A stretch of 64,000 bases of DNA from an uncultured Chloroflexia bacterium (GCA_963841825.1 CAWJEL010000024.1:44982-108981), one strand, 5' to 3'; positions 37,644-48,752 are shown, numbered from the stretch's first letter. Numbers and translations: made by a program. The notes: generated by a model not told the origin, from the letters alone.

Positions 37644-38258
37644 GTGAATGCCTACATCAATCCGCCCAAACGCATGTCGCTTGTGCTGCGGTTTGGGATC
37701 TGGATCGCTGAGCGCAAGACCGGCAGACCCATGCTCGCGGCGCGACTCCTCGCCTGGTATCCCAAGGCGGCGATAGGCGCCGGTGTCATGGAGAGTGTCG
37801 TCGCCCACGAGTCCGGCAAGGCCACGGCAAGGCTGCTCAAGCTGGTGCGTCTGCAGGTGTCCTTCATGGCGTCTTGCCCCTTCTGTATCGACATGAACTC
37901 CGCTGGCTACGCCGACTTTGGCATCAGCGACGGCGAAATCGAGGTTCTACAGGGGCGACGAGGGCTAAACGAGGTCGATAGTTTTAGTCGCGAGGAGCAG
38001 CTCGCGTTGCGCTACGCTCGGGCGCTCACGGCGACCCCTGTCACGATGGATTCAGGGTTGCTGGGAGAGCTTCTCGCGACCTTCTCCGAACGCGAGATGG
38101 TCGTCATCGCCAGCACGATCGCACAGGTGAACTTCTGGACCCGCATGATTCAGGGACTCGGCGTCCCACCGGCCGGCTTCTCAGAGACCTGCTCCATTCT
38201 CCGGTTTGAGGACTACGCTACGCTGGATACCGCGGCGCGCTCAGGGGTTGAGTCTTGA
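37644..38258 (+). CDS. Carboxymuconolactone decarboxylase (AhpD-like) family protein.
   Basis: LVRLQVSFMASCPFCIDMNSA CxxC context, and ALRYARALT. Confidence 0.8.
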   Translation: MNAYINPPKRMSLVLRFGIWIAERKTGRPMLAARLLAWYPKAAIGAGVMESVVAHESGKATARLLKLVRLQVSFMASCPFCIDMNSAGYADFGISDGEIEVLQGRRGLNEVDSFSREEQLALRYARALTATPVTMDSGLLGELLATFSEREMVVIASTIAQVNFWTRMIQGLGVPPAGFSETCSILRFEDYATLDTAARSGVES

Positions 38259-38431
38259 TGACAGAGGCTAAAATGATCGTCGAATTCAGGGCCCGAGGCA
38301 ACACTGGAGAAAGTTTAAGAAGAACAACAGATAAAAGGCAATACCGCAAAACTCGCTTTGTCACCCTGAACGGGTCAGCCGCGGGAGATACAGTACCACA
38401 AGAATCCAGTGAAGGGTCTCGTCGTGGCACG

Positions 38432-38493
38432 GAGATTCTTCGCTGGCGTCACGCCGTAACGAGAGTTAAGGGACAGACTCGCTCAGAATGACA
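38432..38493. repeat. Dispersed repeat, GAGATTCTTCGCT...CGTAACGAG...GCTCAGAATGACA type, copy 2.
   Basis: See 7982-8045. Confidence 0.5.
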
Positions 38494-38551
38494 GGGCAAC
38501 TGAGTGTGATTTTTGCGATATTGCGACAAAAGCGATCCAGTGAGGCACACA

Positions 38552-38821
38552 TTGTGTAGGAACATCAAGGTCCTGTACAACTTCGAGCCACCGGCGACCG
38601 ACGATGAGATTCGGGCGGCGGCTTTGCAGTTCGTGCGGAAAATCAGCGGCAGCGCCAAACCGTCTGCAGCGAACGAAGCGGCCTTCAATCGAGCCGTCGA
38701 CGAGATCGCACAGGCGTCCGCAACTTTACTGAGTTCGCTTGTGACCACTGCCGCGCCGAGGGATCGGGAGATCGAAGCTGCCAGGGCGCGCGCCCGCTCG
38801 GCCCAGCGCTTCGGCTCGTGA
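38552..38821 (+). CDS. DUF2277-family protein (TTG start).
   Basis: (M)CRNIKVLYNFEPPATDDEIRAAALQFVRKISG is the signature N-terminus of this family. Confidence 0.75.
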   Translation: MCRNIKVLYNFEPPATDDEIRAAALQFVRKISGSAKPSAANEAAFNRAVDEIAQASATLLSSLVTTAAPRDREIEAARARARSAQRFGS

Positions 38822-38840
38822 CAGGCTGGATTCTCCCCGT

Positions 38841-39363
38841 ATGGATATTCGCACTGTACCCGGGGATGCGTTGACACACGCGCAAACTGACCAGATCATT
38901 GAGCTGTGCTCCGAGGTGTTCCGGACCGACTACGCGTTCTACATGAACCTGGACCTCCCGCGCGTCCACGTCCTGGGCTATGCCGGCGAGCGTCTGGTGG
39001 CCCATGCACTGTGGCTGTTCCGGCGACTGCGCATCGGAACCGGCCCCTGGTTCGAGGCCGCGTATGTCGAGGGGGTGGCCACGCACGCTGATTTCCGGCG
39101 ACAGGGGTGTGGATCGGCCGTGATGCGCCGGCTGCAGGATGAGATCAGCGGCTTCGAGCTGGGCGCGCTGTCACCCAGGGAATCCGGGCTGGTATGAACG
39201 GCTCGGTTGGGAGCGTTGGCAGGGGCCGCTTTTCATCGCCAAAGATGGCGCAGCCGAGGTGACGCCGGACGAGTGCGTCCTGGTTTATCAGACACCGCAA
39301 ACTGGAACCCTCGATCTGACCGCCTCGCTCACGGCGGAATGGCGGCCATTTGAGCTCTGGTAG
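38841..39363 (+). pseudogene. GNAT acetyltransferase resembling aminoglycoside 2'-N-acetyltransferase AAC(2'), frameshifted at the CCC run 39174-39176.
   Basis: AHALW..RRL......EAAYVEGVAT....RRQG.GSAVM......LGALSP, then in the next frame GNPGWYERLGWERWQGP...TPDECVLVY...LTAEWRPFELW. This end pattern is as in AAC(2')-I, from memory. Confidence 0.65.
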
Positions 39364-39515
39364 GCGCAGCAGTGGGTGATGCGCATGGGGGGAACCTGCT
39401 TGGGGCGGACGATGGACGGTGGTCGGCGTCAAGGATCGAGCGGGCTATCCCCTTCAGGCGGCCAGGCCGCCGCGCTGGAGGACATGTGTGTAAATCATGG
39501 TGCGCTTGCAACGAC

Positions 39516-39544
39516 TTGACGTGCGGTTGGAGGGGATTTAGAAT
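39516..39544 (+). promoter_or_regulatory. Sigma-70-type promoter for the small HhH protein gene.
   Basis: TTGACG, 17 nt, TAGAAT. About 54 nt before ATG 39598. Confidence 0.55.
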
Positions 39545-39597
39545 CCGGCATAGTCAATGGCCTCTGCGATACAGTTTTTCAATGGAGGTTGAACAGA

Positions 39598-39891
39598 ATG
39601 CCACCCGGATCGCTTCGAACGTGCTCGAAAGGTTACCGATTCTACAAGAGCTCTGATTGCCCAACGTGCCCCGTGTGCGAGACTAGAAGGGATCCCAGCA
39701 CGCAGATTCTGGCAGCGGTGGGTGCTCCGGCGAGGCGCGCGCTGGAACGCGAAGGTATTCTGACCGCACCGCAATTGGCGCAGTACACCGAAGCCGAAGT
39801 CCTTGAGTTGCACGGTATAGGCCCGAGCTCCATACCCCGTCTGTGCAAAGCCCTTGAGGCGGAAGGTCTGTCGTTCAGACGATCAAAGTAG
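39598..39891 (+). CDS. Small protein with an N-terminal Cys cluster and a C-terminal helix-hairpin-helix (RpoA-CTD-like) domain.
   Basis: GGAGG RBS. C..G......S.CPTCPVC followed by LELHGIGPSSIPRLCKAL. Confidence 0.55.
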   Translation: MPPGSLRTCSKGYRFYKSSDCPTCPVCETRRDPSTQILAAVGAPARRALEREGILTAPQLAQYTEAEVLELHGIGPSSIPRLCKALEAEGLSFRRSK

Positions 39892-40022
39892 TGCAGGATA
39901 ACACGTCGTTGCAACCGACCCCTCCGGCCTTCAGCCTCCGGGGCGGCTGAACTCCATCGTTAGACGCACAAGGCTGGGAAGCCGAGCGCGTGCGAAGTTG
40001 AATGGGATACCCACTCCGGGTA

Positions 40023-40484
40023 ATGGAGGATGCTGTGACGGCCGACATTGAGCGATTCTTTCGGGACTACGTTGCCGCGTTCAATCGCTCGCTCGGGGAG
40101 ACGCCGGATCTCGAGGCAGTACGAAGCGCCTTCGCTCCCTACTTCATCGGTGCGGGTCCGACTGGCGTCAGGTGCGGCCAAAATGACGACGACTTCCTCA
40201 AGGCCATCGAGCAGGGCTACGCCTTCTATCGCTCGATCGGCACTCGGAGCATGACGCTGCGCGAGATCGATCTCACACCGATCGATACCCATCACCAGAT
40301 GGCGCGGGTCTTCTATTCGTCGGACTATGAGCATCCCGACGGCGGTCGGGTCACCATCGATTTCGACGTGACTTACATGCTCCAAATCGAGGATTCGACG
40401 CCACTGATCTTCGCTTGGGTGGCTGGTGACGAACAGGCGCTATTGCGCGAGCATGGCTTGATCCCTGAGGAGCCGCACGAGTGA
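40023..40484 (+). CDS. Hypothetical NTF2-like fold protein.
   Basis: IERFFRDYVAAFN..., typical size and pattern of SnoaL/DUF4440-like proteins. Confidence 0.45.
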   Translation: MEDAVTADIERFFRDYVAAFNRSLGETPDLEAVRSAFAPYFIGAGPTGVRCGQNDDDFLKAIEQGYAFYRSIGTRSMTLREIDLTPIDTHHQMARVFYSSDYEHPDGGRVTIDFDVTYMLQIEDSTPLIFAWVAGDEQALLREHGLIPEEPHE

Positions 40485-40678
40485 TCGCCGCTCGAACGCA
40501 CCGGGCACACTCTGGGCCGGGGCCGGGTCGTTGGCACCTAACAAGCGCATCGAGCGGACGCCGTGAGCGCTATCCTGATGTCAGCGCCGGAGCGCCGCTC
40601 ATGCGCAAACCGTGGGACGGCGATGCTCTGGTTGTACCAGATTGGGTTTTGTCTGTCTTTAAATTATCAAGGAGAGGC

Positions 40679-41347
40679 ATGATGAAATTTCTGCTCACAT
40701 CTGGGGGTGTCACGAACCCGAGCATCAGCGACGCTCTGGTCGACCTGCTGGGCAAGCCAATCGCCGAGTCCACCGCGCTCTGCATCCCGACGGCGCAATG
40801 GGGCCACCCGATGTGCGGACCGGCCTCAGTGCGGCGCTTCATCGTTGACGAGCCCCCGTGGACGATGTGCAGCCTTGGTTGGAAGTCGGTGGGCGTGCTC
40901 GAGCTCACCGCGCTGCCCACCATCGGCGAGGAGCGCTGGATCCCCTGGGTCCGGGAGGCCGATGCCCTGCTCGTGGACGGCGGCGACGCGACATACCTGT
41001 GCCACTGGATGCGGGAGTCCGGGTTGGCGGATCTTCTGCCGTCGCTGTCCGAGACCATCTGGGTGGGCGTGAGCGCCGGCAGCATGGTGATGACCCCTCG
41101 GATCGGCGCCTACTTCGTGGAGTGGCGGTCCGCGCCGGACGACCAAACCCTGGGGGTCGTCGACTTCTCGATCTTCCCGCACCTGGACCACGAGATGATG
41201 CCGGGGAACACCCTGGCCGACGCGGAGCGATGGGCGGCCGACATCGCGGGTCCGGCGTACGCGATTGACGACGAGACCGCCCTCAAAATAGTCAATGGCG
41301 TTGTCGAAGTTGTCTCTGAGGGTTATTGGAAACGGTTTGCACACTAA
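40679..41347 (+). CDS. Peptidase S51 / type-1 glutamine-amidotransferase-like protein.
   Basis: AAGGAGAGG RBS. MMKFLLTSGG... and VGVSAGSMVM nucleophile context. Confidence 0.75.
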   Translation: MMKFLLTSGGVTNPSISDALVDLLGKPIAESTALCIPTAQWGHPMCGPASVRRFIVDEPPWTMCSLGWKSVGVLELTALPTIGEERWIPWVREADALLVDGGDATYLCHWMRESGLADLLPSLSETIWVGVSAGSMVMTPRIGAYFVEWRSAPDDQTLGVVDFSIFPHLDHEMMPGNTLADAERWAADIAGPAYAIDDETALKIVNGVVEVVSEGYWKRFAH

Positions 41348-41373
41348 TGCGCTCAAGCCGTTTCACTGCGTCT

Positions 41374-41844
41374 CTAGCGATACCCCTTGGCCGCCGCCCG
41401 ACGCGCCAGCTCATCCATCGGCAGCACCGCCACGCCGATGTCCCAGTACTCGGGCGGCACCAGCACGCTCTTCACCGCGAGACATTCGGGCCGGCGGCGC
41501 ACCCGCAGCAGCAATTGGAGATAGTTCCACGGGTAGCGCAGGCCGTTGACGCCGATCAGCGTCTCGTTCATGTTCGGGATGCCCGGCAGCCAGCCGACTG
41601 CCTCGCCCGCAGGCGTCTCAGCAAAAAGGACCAGCTCAGGGTCGGCAATTTGCCGGAACGGCGCCAGCAACTCGGTGACAGTCGAGCGCTCCCACGGCGA
41701 GAAATCAGGTATGTGGGCGAGCGAGCGATTCATCAGCCCGAAAATTCGGTCAATTTCCGCGTCCCTCTGCGCCAGGTCGGCGCCGCGCACGCGGTAGGAT
41801 GTGCGTGACCGCACACGCTCCGCCAGTCGGGCCAGCCGTTGCAT
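41374..41844 (-). pseudogene. Internal fragment of a larger GNAT-like acyltransferase, missing both ends.
   Basis: Covers only the ...IFGLMNRSLAHIPDFSPWERSTVTELLAPFRQIADPELVLFAE..GE.VGW.PGIPN.N... segment. Neither the N-terminal domain nor the C-terminal about 40 aa expected for this family is present. Confidence 0.45.
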
Positions 41845-41935
41845 TTGCGGCGTCGTCCCAAGGTGCGTCGTGCGCGGCTGACCGGACGCGAAAAGGCGCC
41901 AGTGATTGTAGCAATTGCAGAAAGGATGTTTGATA

Positions 41936-42511
41936 ATGGCAGAGGTTGTGTTGTTCCATCACGTACAAGGGTTAACCCCAGGCGTTGTATCGTTTGCTGA
42001 TGCGCTGCGCGACGCCGGGCACATCGTCCACACGCCCGACCTGTTCGATGGCCGCACCTTCGATAGCATTGAGGCTGGCATGAGCTTCGTCAGGGAGCTT
42101 GGGTTTGGCGAGGTGATGGCACGCGGGCAGCGGGCAGTGGAAGGTCTCCCCGCGGCTTTGGTCTATGCCGGATTCTCTTTGGGCGTGGTCCCGGCCCAGA
42201 TGCTGGCCCAAACCCGGCCCGGAGCGCGCGGGGCGCTTTTCTTCTATTCCTGTGTGCCGGTCTCGGAGTTTGGGCAGGCTTGGCCGCCGGGCGTGCCGGT
42301 GCAGGTACATGGCATGGACGCCGACCCCTTCTTTGTCGGTGAGGGCGACATCGACGCTGCCCGGGCGCTCATCGAAGAAGCCGATGATGGGAACCTCTTT
42401 CTCTACCCTGGCGACCAACACTACTTTGCTGACAGCTCGCTGCCTTCGTATGACCCGGATGCAGCCGAACTCCTGACACAGCGGGTGCTGGATTTCCTCG
42501 CCGCACTATAA
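41936..42511 (+). CDS. Dienelactone hydrolase-family protein.
   Basis: VVLFHHVQGLTPG....AD.L...GH.VH.PDLF.G..F; alpha/beta hydrolase size. Confidence 0.75.
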   Translation: MAEVVLFHHVQGLTPGVVSFADALRDAGHIVHTPDLFDGRTFDSIEAGMSFVRELGFGEVMARGQRAVEGLPAALVYAGFSLGVVPAQMLAQTRPGARGALFFYSCVPVSEFGQAWPPGVPVQVHGMDADPFFVGEGDIDAARALIEEADDGNLFLYPGDQHYFADSSLPSYDPDAAELLTQRVLDFLAAL

Positions 42512-42525
42512 GGAGAAACACCCAG

Positions 42526-43014
42526 ATGACCGAAACTGCATATTCGTTGATGACGTTCTACAAAGGCTGGGCCACCTACCAGCGCATGCTCAACAGCGTT
42601 GTTGCCCCGTTGGCCCAGGATCAGCTTGATCTGGCGATGGGACCGGGGAAATGGTCGGTTGGCAGAACCGTCCAGCATATTGTTGCGAATCGAGTTTGGT
42701 GGTTCCAGTTGTGGATGGGCGAAGGCGAGCCGGAACTGGCATCCTATCTGCGCTGGGATCCGAGTGGATCAGCGGAACCGCCCAGCATTGGTGCGGCGGA
42801 GCTGGTGGACGGACTCGCAGCAACGTGGGCCATGATCGAAAGTTCACTGGCTCGATGGACCGCAACCGACCTGGAAGAGAACTTTGCTGCGCCCAGCGTA
42901 CTGAGCCTGGAGGAGCAGGAGATATTTGGGGACGCTACGCGTGGCTGGATGATCTGGCACGTTCTCGAGCACGAGATCCATCATGGCGGTGAGATCTCGC
43001 TGGTGCTGGACTGA
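42526..43014 (+). CDS. DinB-family protein.
   Basis: VQHIVANRVWW ... HVLEHEIHHGGEISL. Confidence 0.8.
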   Translation: MTETAYSLMTFYKGWATYQRMLNSVVAPLAQDQLDLAMGPGKWSVGRTVQHIVANRVWWFQLWMGEGEPELASYLRWDPSGSAEPPSIGAAELVDGLAATWAMIESSLARWTATDLEENFAAPSVLSLEEQEIFGDATRGWMIWHVLEHEIHHGGEISLVLD

Positions 43015-43050
43015 ACGCGTCACCCCATTACAGGCCGCCGCACCGACGGA

Positions 43051-43079
43051 TTGCGCGTCTTCGGCGCGTGCGTTACAAT
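43051..43079 (+). promoter_or_regulatory. Sigma-70-type promoter for proBA.
   Basis: TTGCGC, 17 nt, TACAAT. About 42 nt before ATG 43121. Confidence 0.5.
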
Positions 43080-43120
43080 GCCGCTCCGAAGCACAAACAC
43101 ATCCGTCACAGTGAAGGCTC

Positions 43121-44221
43121 ATGTACAAACGTATCGTCGTCAAACTCGGCACCAGCGTCCTTACCGGCGGAACGCCCAATCTTGACCGCGCGCATATGGT
43201 TGAGATCGCCCGGCAGTGCGTCGCGCTTCGCCGCCAGGGGTGCGAAGTCATCGTCGTCACCTCCGGCGCCATCGCGGCCGGACGCGAGCGGCTCGACCAC
43301 CCCGTGCTGCCCCCCACGGTCGCGGCCAAGCAGATGCTGGCGGCGGTGGGCCAGAGCTGGCTGATGCACGTCTGGGAGAGCCTCTTTGACATCTACGGCC
43401 TCCACGTCGGGCAGATGCTGCTGACGCGTGCCGATGTCGCTGATCGAGATCGCTTCCTCAACGCGCGTGACATGCTCGCCGCGCTGCTCGAGCACGGCAT
43501 CATCCCGATCATCAACGAGAACGACGCCGTGGCGACGGCCGAGATCAAGGTCGGCGACAACGATAACCTGTCGGCGCTGATCACCTTGCTGGCCGAGGCG
43601 GATCTGCTGCTGCTGCTGACCGATCAGTCCGGCCTTTTCACTGCCGACCCGCGCACGAATCCTGACGCCCAGCTCATCCCGGAGGTCCGCACGATCGATG
43701 AGACACTCCGCCATATCGCCGGCGGCAGTGTCAGCGGCCTGGGTGTCGGTGGGATGAGCACCAAGTTGCAGGCTGCGGATGTGGCCCGCCGCGCCGGCGC
43801 CGATGTCGTCATCGCGGCAGGCCGCGCGACCGATGTGATCGTGCGCGCCGCGCAGGGCGAGGCGGTCGGGACGCGCTTCCCAGCCCTGGCAGCACGGCTG
43901 GAGAATCGCAAACGCTGGATCTTCGGCGGCACCGCGCCGGCCGGCCGCATCACGGTGGACGCGGGCGCGGCGCGTGCCCTGCGCGAGCGGGGGGGGAGTC
44001 TGCTGCCGGCGGGGATCGTTGCCGTCGAAGGTGATTTCGAGCGTGGTGATACCGTGCTGATCGTCGACGCCAAGGGCAAAGGACTGGCGCGCGGCATCGC
44101 CCGCTACGGCAGCGTCGACCTGGCGCAGATCAAGAGTCACCGCTCGGATGCCATCGCCGAGCTGCTCGGCTATACCGTCGGCCCGGCCGCGGTGCATCGG
44201 AATGATATGATTTTGGTTTGA
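43121..44221 (+). CDS. proB: Glutamate 5-kinase with PUA domain.
   Basis: [12 protein letters not shown]...[12 protein letters not shown]...[22 protein letters not shown]...PUA ([21 protein letters not shown]). Confidence 0.95.
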   Translation: MYKRIVVKLGTSVLTGGTPNLDRAHMVEIARQCVALRRQGCEVIVVTSGAIAAGRERLDHPVLPPTVAAKQMLAAVGQSWLMHVWESLFDIYGLHVGQMLLTRADVADRDRFLNARDMLAALLEHGIIPIINENDAVATAEIKVGDNDNLSALITLLAEADLLLLLTDQSGLFTADPRTNPDAQLIPEVRTIDETLRHIAGGSVSGLGVGGMSTKLQAADVARRAGADVVIAAGRATDVIVRAAQGEAVGTRFPALAARLENRKRWIFGGTAPAGRITVDAGAARALRERGGSLLPAGIVAVEGDFERGDTVLIVDAKGKGLARGIARYGSVDLAQIKSHRSDAIAELLGYTVGPAAVHRNDMILV

Positions 44222-44296
44222 CGATAGACGATAGACGATAGACGATTGATCGTGGGCCTCGGATCATGGTCAATGGTCTATGGTCCATGGTCCATT
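44221..44296. repeat. Heptamer array of the GACGATA then GGTCAAT/GGTCCAT family, in the proB-proA spacer.
   Basis: GACGATA x3, GACGATT, GATCGTG, GGCCTCG, GATCATG, GTCAATG, GTCTATG, GTCCATG, GTCCATT. Confidence 0.85.
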
Positions 44297-44313
44297 TCGA
44301 GGGAGATAGAACC

Positions 44314-45579
<1,266 letters not shown>

Positions 45580-45584
45580 TGTGT

Positions 45585-45653
45585 GGAAGGATGAGGGATG
45601 AGGGATGAAGGATGAAGGATGAAGGATGAAGGATGAAGGATGAAGGATGAAGT
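45585..45653. repeat. Heptamer array, unit GGATGAA/GGATGAG (about 10 units), directly after the proA stop.
   Basis: GGAAGGATGAGGGATGAGGGATGAAGGATGAAGGATGAAGGATGAAGGATGAAGGATGAAGGATGAAG. Confidence 0.95.
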
Positions 45654-45656
45654 CGT

Positions 45657-46118
45657 ATGGGTGAGTCTTCGGGAACACCGGCAGGGTTGAACTGCGCGGT
45701 GAGCGCGACGGCCGACGCTGAGGCGCGGGACTTCATTCGCCGGCAGCTCAGGGCGTTCAACGACGCGAACTCCGAGCACCATCGAGCGATTCGGAACGCG
45801 GAACCGGCACCTTTGGACATCCTCATCAGAGATGCCGCGGGCGAGATCGTGGGCGGTTTGATCGGCTCGACCTACTGGGGCTGGCTGGAGGTCAATATCC
45901 TGTGGGTCGCGGAAGGATTACGGCGCCTCGGCCACGGCCGCACGCTCCTGGGGATGGCCGAGACGGAAGCCAGGGCGCGTGACTGTTCGCATGTGATGCT
46001 GACGACATACAGCTTCCAGGCGCGTGGGTTCTACGAGCAGGAAGGGTATCACGTTGTGGGCGAAATGGTCGGCTATCCGCCGGGAGCGACGTATTTCTGG
46101 ATGAGGAAGGAACTGTAG
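45657..46118 (+). CDS. GNAT-family N-acetyltransferase.
   Basis: LWVAEGLRRLGHGRTLL..AE.EAR.R.C....L.T..FQA..FYE..GY. Confidence 0.8.
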   Translation: MGESSGTPAGLNCAVSATADAEARDFIRRQLRAFNDANSEHHRAIRNAEPAPLDILIRDAAGEIVGGLIGSTYWGWLEVNILWVAEGLRRLGHGRTLLGMAETEARARDCSHVMLTTYSFQARGFYEQEGYHVVGEMVGYPPGATYFWMRKEL

Positions 46119-46125
46119 GCGCATT

Positions 46126-46263
46126 CTGAATGACTGACAAAACTTGGGGACCGGTGAAAGACCGCGTTCCAAGTTGAGAACTGCCGCGGATTTACGCGGA
46201 CACCTGCACTGCACCAAACGCAGTGCGGTGCAAGTGTTCGCACAGATTTTTCGTATTTGATCC
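46126..46263. repeat. 138-bp element, left copy of an inverted pair.
   Basis: CTGAATGACTGACAAAACTTGGGGACCGGTGAAAG...TGCACTGCACCAAACGCAGTGCGGTGCA...TCGTATTTGATCC. Its reverse complement recurs at 50336-50473 with about a dozen differences. Confidence 0.9.
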
Positions 46264-46343
46264 TTGGGTCACTTGCCGGCGGCACCGAAACACGATTGCC
46301 TTCCAGAGGTGCTTGTTGTATACTCTCGATTGTGAGGTGAGCC

Positions 46344-46613
46344 ATGACGTTGAGTGACATTCTTGCTGATATTCATGCGCTAGAAGAGGAGTTGTTGACC
46401 TTCGAACGAAAGTTCGGCGTGCGGTCAGAGACGTTCTATGCCGCTTATCAGAGCGGTGAGGAGCCGGAAGACGATCGTTGGGTGTTGGATTTCGGTGAAT
46501 GGGCGAGCATCTATCGCACCTGGCTGACGCGGCAGGCCGAGTATCGGAACGAGATGCAGCGTCGGCAGCGTCAGGCGCCCAGCCTGGCCGGTTTGATTCG
46601 GGTCGCGGCATGA
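46344..46613 (+). CDS. Small helical protein, possibly the antitoxin-like partner of a two-gene module.
   Basis: 89 aa, 4-nt overlap (ATGA) with the next ORF. The FERKFGVRSETFYAAYQSGEEPEDDRWVLDFGEWASIY pattern is recalled from small paired genes in cyanobacteria/Chloroflexi. Confidence 0.45.
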   Translation: MTLSDILADIHALEEELLTFERKFGVRSETFYAAYQSGEEPEDDRWVLDFGEWASIYRTWLTRQAEYRNEMQRRQRQAPSLAGLIRVAA

Positions 46614-46741
46614 CGGCTCCCTTTCGCACGACCGAGGATTACGAGCTGTTCCTTTACACGCTTGGTGAGCAGTTCCCCATGGTCATTATAAACATCTCCC
46701 TCCAGATATCAAGCATCACCGTGTTCCAGCGCCGCAGATGA
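46610..46741 (+). pseudogene. Truncated partner ORF. Only about 22 N-terminal residues look family-like.
   Basis: MTAPFRTTEDYELFLYTLGEQFP, then unrelated low-complexity sequence and a stop after 43 codons. Confidence 0.3.
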
Positions 46742-46816
46742 GCTTCACGCGATCCAATCTTCCGGCGTTGATTCAAGAGATCGAAGCTCTCATCGCGGGA
46801 CTGTAGGCGTACCTGT

Positions 46817-47815
46817 ATGACTCATCCGCAATTGCCCCTGTTCTTGATCACCGGCGCGCCGGGCGCCGGCAAGACCGCAACGGCCAGGGCGCTGATGCGG
46901 CGCTTCCCGTTCGGCCTGCACATCCCGGTGGACGATCTGCGGGAGTGGGTCGTGGCGGGCATCAGCCAGCCCGTCCCGGAGTTCACCGAGGAGACCGGCC
47001 GCCAGTTTCGCCTGGCGCGCACCGCGGCGGCGCAGATGGCAGCACTCTACGCGGACGCAGGTTTCGCGGTGGCGGTGGACGACGTAATCCATGAGCCAGA
47101 TGTTCAAGCGTGTCTGGCGGATATGCTCGCGCCGCGTGAGATCCACAAGATCCTCCTGCAACCGGCCCTGGAGATCGCGCTGGCGCGCAACGCGATCCGG
47201 ACGAACAAGGGCTTCGACACAGCCGTGCTGGCGGAGGCGATCCGCGGCAATCACCGCTCGCTGGGCGAACAGAATCGCACCGATCTGGGCTGGACGATCA
47301 TCGACAACGGCGCGCTGAACATCGAGCAGACGGTGGACGCCATCCTGGAAAGCGCGCTCCAGGGCATCATCAACTTCCGCCGCTTGGGGCCCGATCTCAT
47401 CACCGGCGGCCAGCCGACCGAGGCGGAACTGGCGCTGGCGGCCGCAGCCGGCGCTGAGGTGGTGATCAACCTGGGCCGGCTTGACCCAGCGTACGCGCTG
47501 CCGGACGAGCGCGGCACGGTTGCGGCGCTGGGCCTGATCTACGAGCATATCCCGGTGGTCTGGGCGGAGCCGACCGCGGCCGATCTGGATGCCTTCTTCG
47601 CCGCGATGGCGCGCTATGCGGGACGCCGGCTGTTCGTCCACTGCGCGGCCAACTATCGCGCCTCGGCATTCAACCTGCTTTACCGGGTGCTCCGGCTGGG
47701 CTGGCGGATCGAGGACGCGCTGCCCGACATGCATGCCATCTGGGATCCGGCCGAGTATCCGCAATGGCAGGCTTTTCTGGAAAATGCCCTGGATGGAAGC
47801 GATGATCGAGCCTGA
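46817..47815 (+). CDS. Fusion protein: an N-terminal P-loop kinase-like domain and a C-terminal cysteine-phosphatase (DSP/DUF442-like) domain.
   Basis: Walker A LITGAPGAGKTA in the first about 175 aa. The second half carries HCAANYRAS (C-x5-R-S/T). Confidence 0.7.
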   Translation: MTHPQLPLFLITGAPGAGKTATARALMRRFPFGLHIPVDDLREWVVAGISQPVPEFTEETGRQFRLARTAAAQMAALYADAGFAVAVDDVIHEPDVQACLADMLAPREIHKILLQPALEIALARNAIRTNKGFDTAVLAEAIRGNHRSLGEQNRTDLGWTIIDNGALNIEQTVDAILESALQGIINFRRLGPDLITGGQPTEAELALAAAAGAEVVINLGRLDPAYALPDERGTVAALGLIYEHIPVVWAEPTAADLDAFFAAMARYAGRRLFVHCAANYRASAFNLLYRVLRLGWRIEDALPDMHAIWDPAEYPQWQAFLENALDGSDDRA

Positions 47816-48648
47816 GTTTGAATTTTGTGCACCGGCCGCGAGCGCGGCGGAGGTGCACGCCCGTCACGCCGCGAATCGCGCCGCGTGGAATGAGGGCGCC
47901 GTACGCTATTCAGAAGCGATCGCGGAGACCATCGCCTTCCTGGCGGCGGGCAAGAGCAACCTGCACCCGATCGAGCGAGCGAACCTGGGCGACCTGCGGT
48001 CGTGGTGCCGTACAGCGATTCATCTCCAGTGTGCGTCGGGCCGGGATACGCTTTCGCTGTGGAATGAGGGGGTGCCGAGCGTGATCGGCGTGGATATCTC
48101 GGATGTGCACATCGCCAACGCCCGGCAGGTCAGTGAGGCGTTGGGGGCGCCGGCGACCTGGTATCGGTGCGACCTCCTCGATACGCCCCACGAGCTGGAT
48201 GGCACGGCCGATCTGGTGTACACGGGCCGCGGCGCGCTTTGTTGGCTGCACGATTTGGACGGGTGGGCCGCGGTGATCGCTCGGCTGCTGAAGCCCGGCG
48301 GCGTCGTGAGCGTGTTCGATGATCATCCGGTTACTTGGCTGTTCGAGCTGGAGACCGAGACGCTTGTCGCCACGGGCCATGACTATTTTGCCCACGCTGA
48401 TTCATCCCAGGGGTGGCCTTCGACTTATATCGGCGATCTGGACGTGCCGGTGGCGCGGCAGGCGCGCAAGTATGAGCGGCTCTGGCCGCTGTCGAGCCGT
48501 CTTCGGGGCATTGCGCGGGGCCGGCTTGGTCATTGAGCATTTCGGTGAGCACCGCGATGAATACTGGGACGGCTTCCCGAAGCTCAAACCGGAGCTAAAG
48601 ACGACCATTCCGATGACCTTTTCCATGCTTGCGCGAAGGTTGGTATAG
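47793..48648 (+). pseudogene. Class I SAM-dependent methyltransferase, frameshifted near 48494-48496.
   Basis: IHLQCASGRDTLSL, VIGVDISD and LLKPGGVVSVFD. ERLWPLS then continues in the next frame as AVFGALRGAGLVIEHFGEH. Overlaps the upstream stop. Confidence 0.7.
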
Positions 48649-48690
48649 TATTGCTCTATGACATTTGCGCTGTCGGCGAGAATTTTCCTT

Positions 48691-48752
48691 ACCACGAAGA
48701 CACAAAGACATAAAGCCTTTGAGATCTTTGAGTCTTTGTGACTTTGTGGTGA
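48691..48752. repeat. Palindromic pair of short 7-nt-type repeats (AAGACAC/AAAGACA versus GTCTTTG/TGACTTT) forming a hairpin between two methyltransferase genes.
   Basis: ACCACGAAGACACAAAGAC ... GTCTTTGTGACTTTGTGGT. Confidence 0.65.
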
